From: Candidatus Humicultor tengchongensis
GTDB lineage: Bacteria > Sysuimicrobiota > Sysuimicrobiia > Sysuimicrobiales > Humicultoraceae
Direction: 5' to 3'
NCBI GenBank assembly: GCA_031459715.1
Contig: JAVKIA010000019.1
Coordinates: 1 to 45,499, forward strand
DNA: 45,499 nucleotides
Positions 45,440 to 45,499 of this stretch are shown here, in pieces (positions within the stretch are counted from its first letter, which is position 1; each line of letters begins with the position of its first letter). The notes under the pieces were generated by a model that was not told the origin of the DNA, ran no database searches, and saw nothing but the letters and a program-made list of their open reading frames with translations. A program made the translations under genes and the position numbers.

Positions 45440-45499
45440 ATGGAGACTAAAGCTGCGGCCCTCGCATTGGTGGTAGCAGCGGTGTTCCCGGGCTTCGGC
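45440..45499 (+). CDS. Possible start of a new gene with a hydrophobic N-terminus, running off the right edge
   Basis: ATG 45440 is preceded by GAGGAG 9 nt upstream and encodes METKAAALALVVAAVFPGFG, which looks like a signal peptide or TM helix. It is in frame with the fragment ORF from 45305, so the true start is ambiguous. Confidence 0.3.
   Translation, partial: METKAAALALVVAAVFPGFG

Overview
This is a high-GC (about 70%) bacterial chromosomal segment with Firmicutes-style RNA regulation. It is densely packed with core nitrogen and branched-chain amino acid (BCAA) metabolism. I saw no tRNA, rRNA, CRISPR, transposase or integrase.

Minus strand, in transcription order:
- gltB, preceded by a ykkC-type riboswitch.
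- An eight-gene ilvB-ilvN-ilvC-leuA-leuC-leuD-leuB-ilvD operon. Its roughly 520-nt leader carries a second ykkC-type riboswitch followed by a Leu (CUC) T-box.
- A thioredoxin-fold (PDO-like) gene.
- nuoB-nuoD-nuoI-nuoC, directly followed by a membrane-anchored sulfite-oxidase-family molybdoenzyme.
- A 2-oxoacid dehydrogenase operon (lpd, E1alpha, E1beta, E2) with lipA.
- A Liv-type BCAA ABC transporter (binding protein, livH, a livM-livG fusion, livF).
- A class IV aminotransferase, a MoeB-rhodanese protein and two tandem Zn-alcohol dehydrogenases.

Plus strand:
- yjbQ.
- A small coiled-coil membrane protein.
- A tightly coupled operon: amt, orphan membrane protein, flotillin, glnA.
- A decayed region holding a frameshifted hydrolase-like gene, an internally deleted nucleoside hydrolase, a 4-copy tandem repeat and a duplicated gene fragment. 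An intact nitroreductase lies on the minus strand within it.

Candidates most worth follow-up:
1. The amt / orphan repeat protein / flotillin / glnA operon, which has no glnK, glnR or nfeD.
2. An isolated complex-I Q-module (NuoB, D, I, C only) apparently co-transcribed with a polytopic SUOX-family enzyme.
3. The two covarying ykkC subtype-2-like riboswitches, one in tandem with the T-box.

All calls come from reading the sequence and translations by eye. No database search or covariance model was run.
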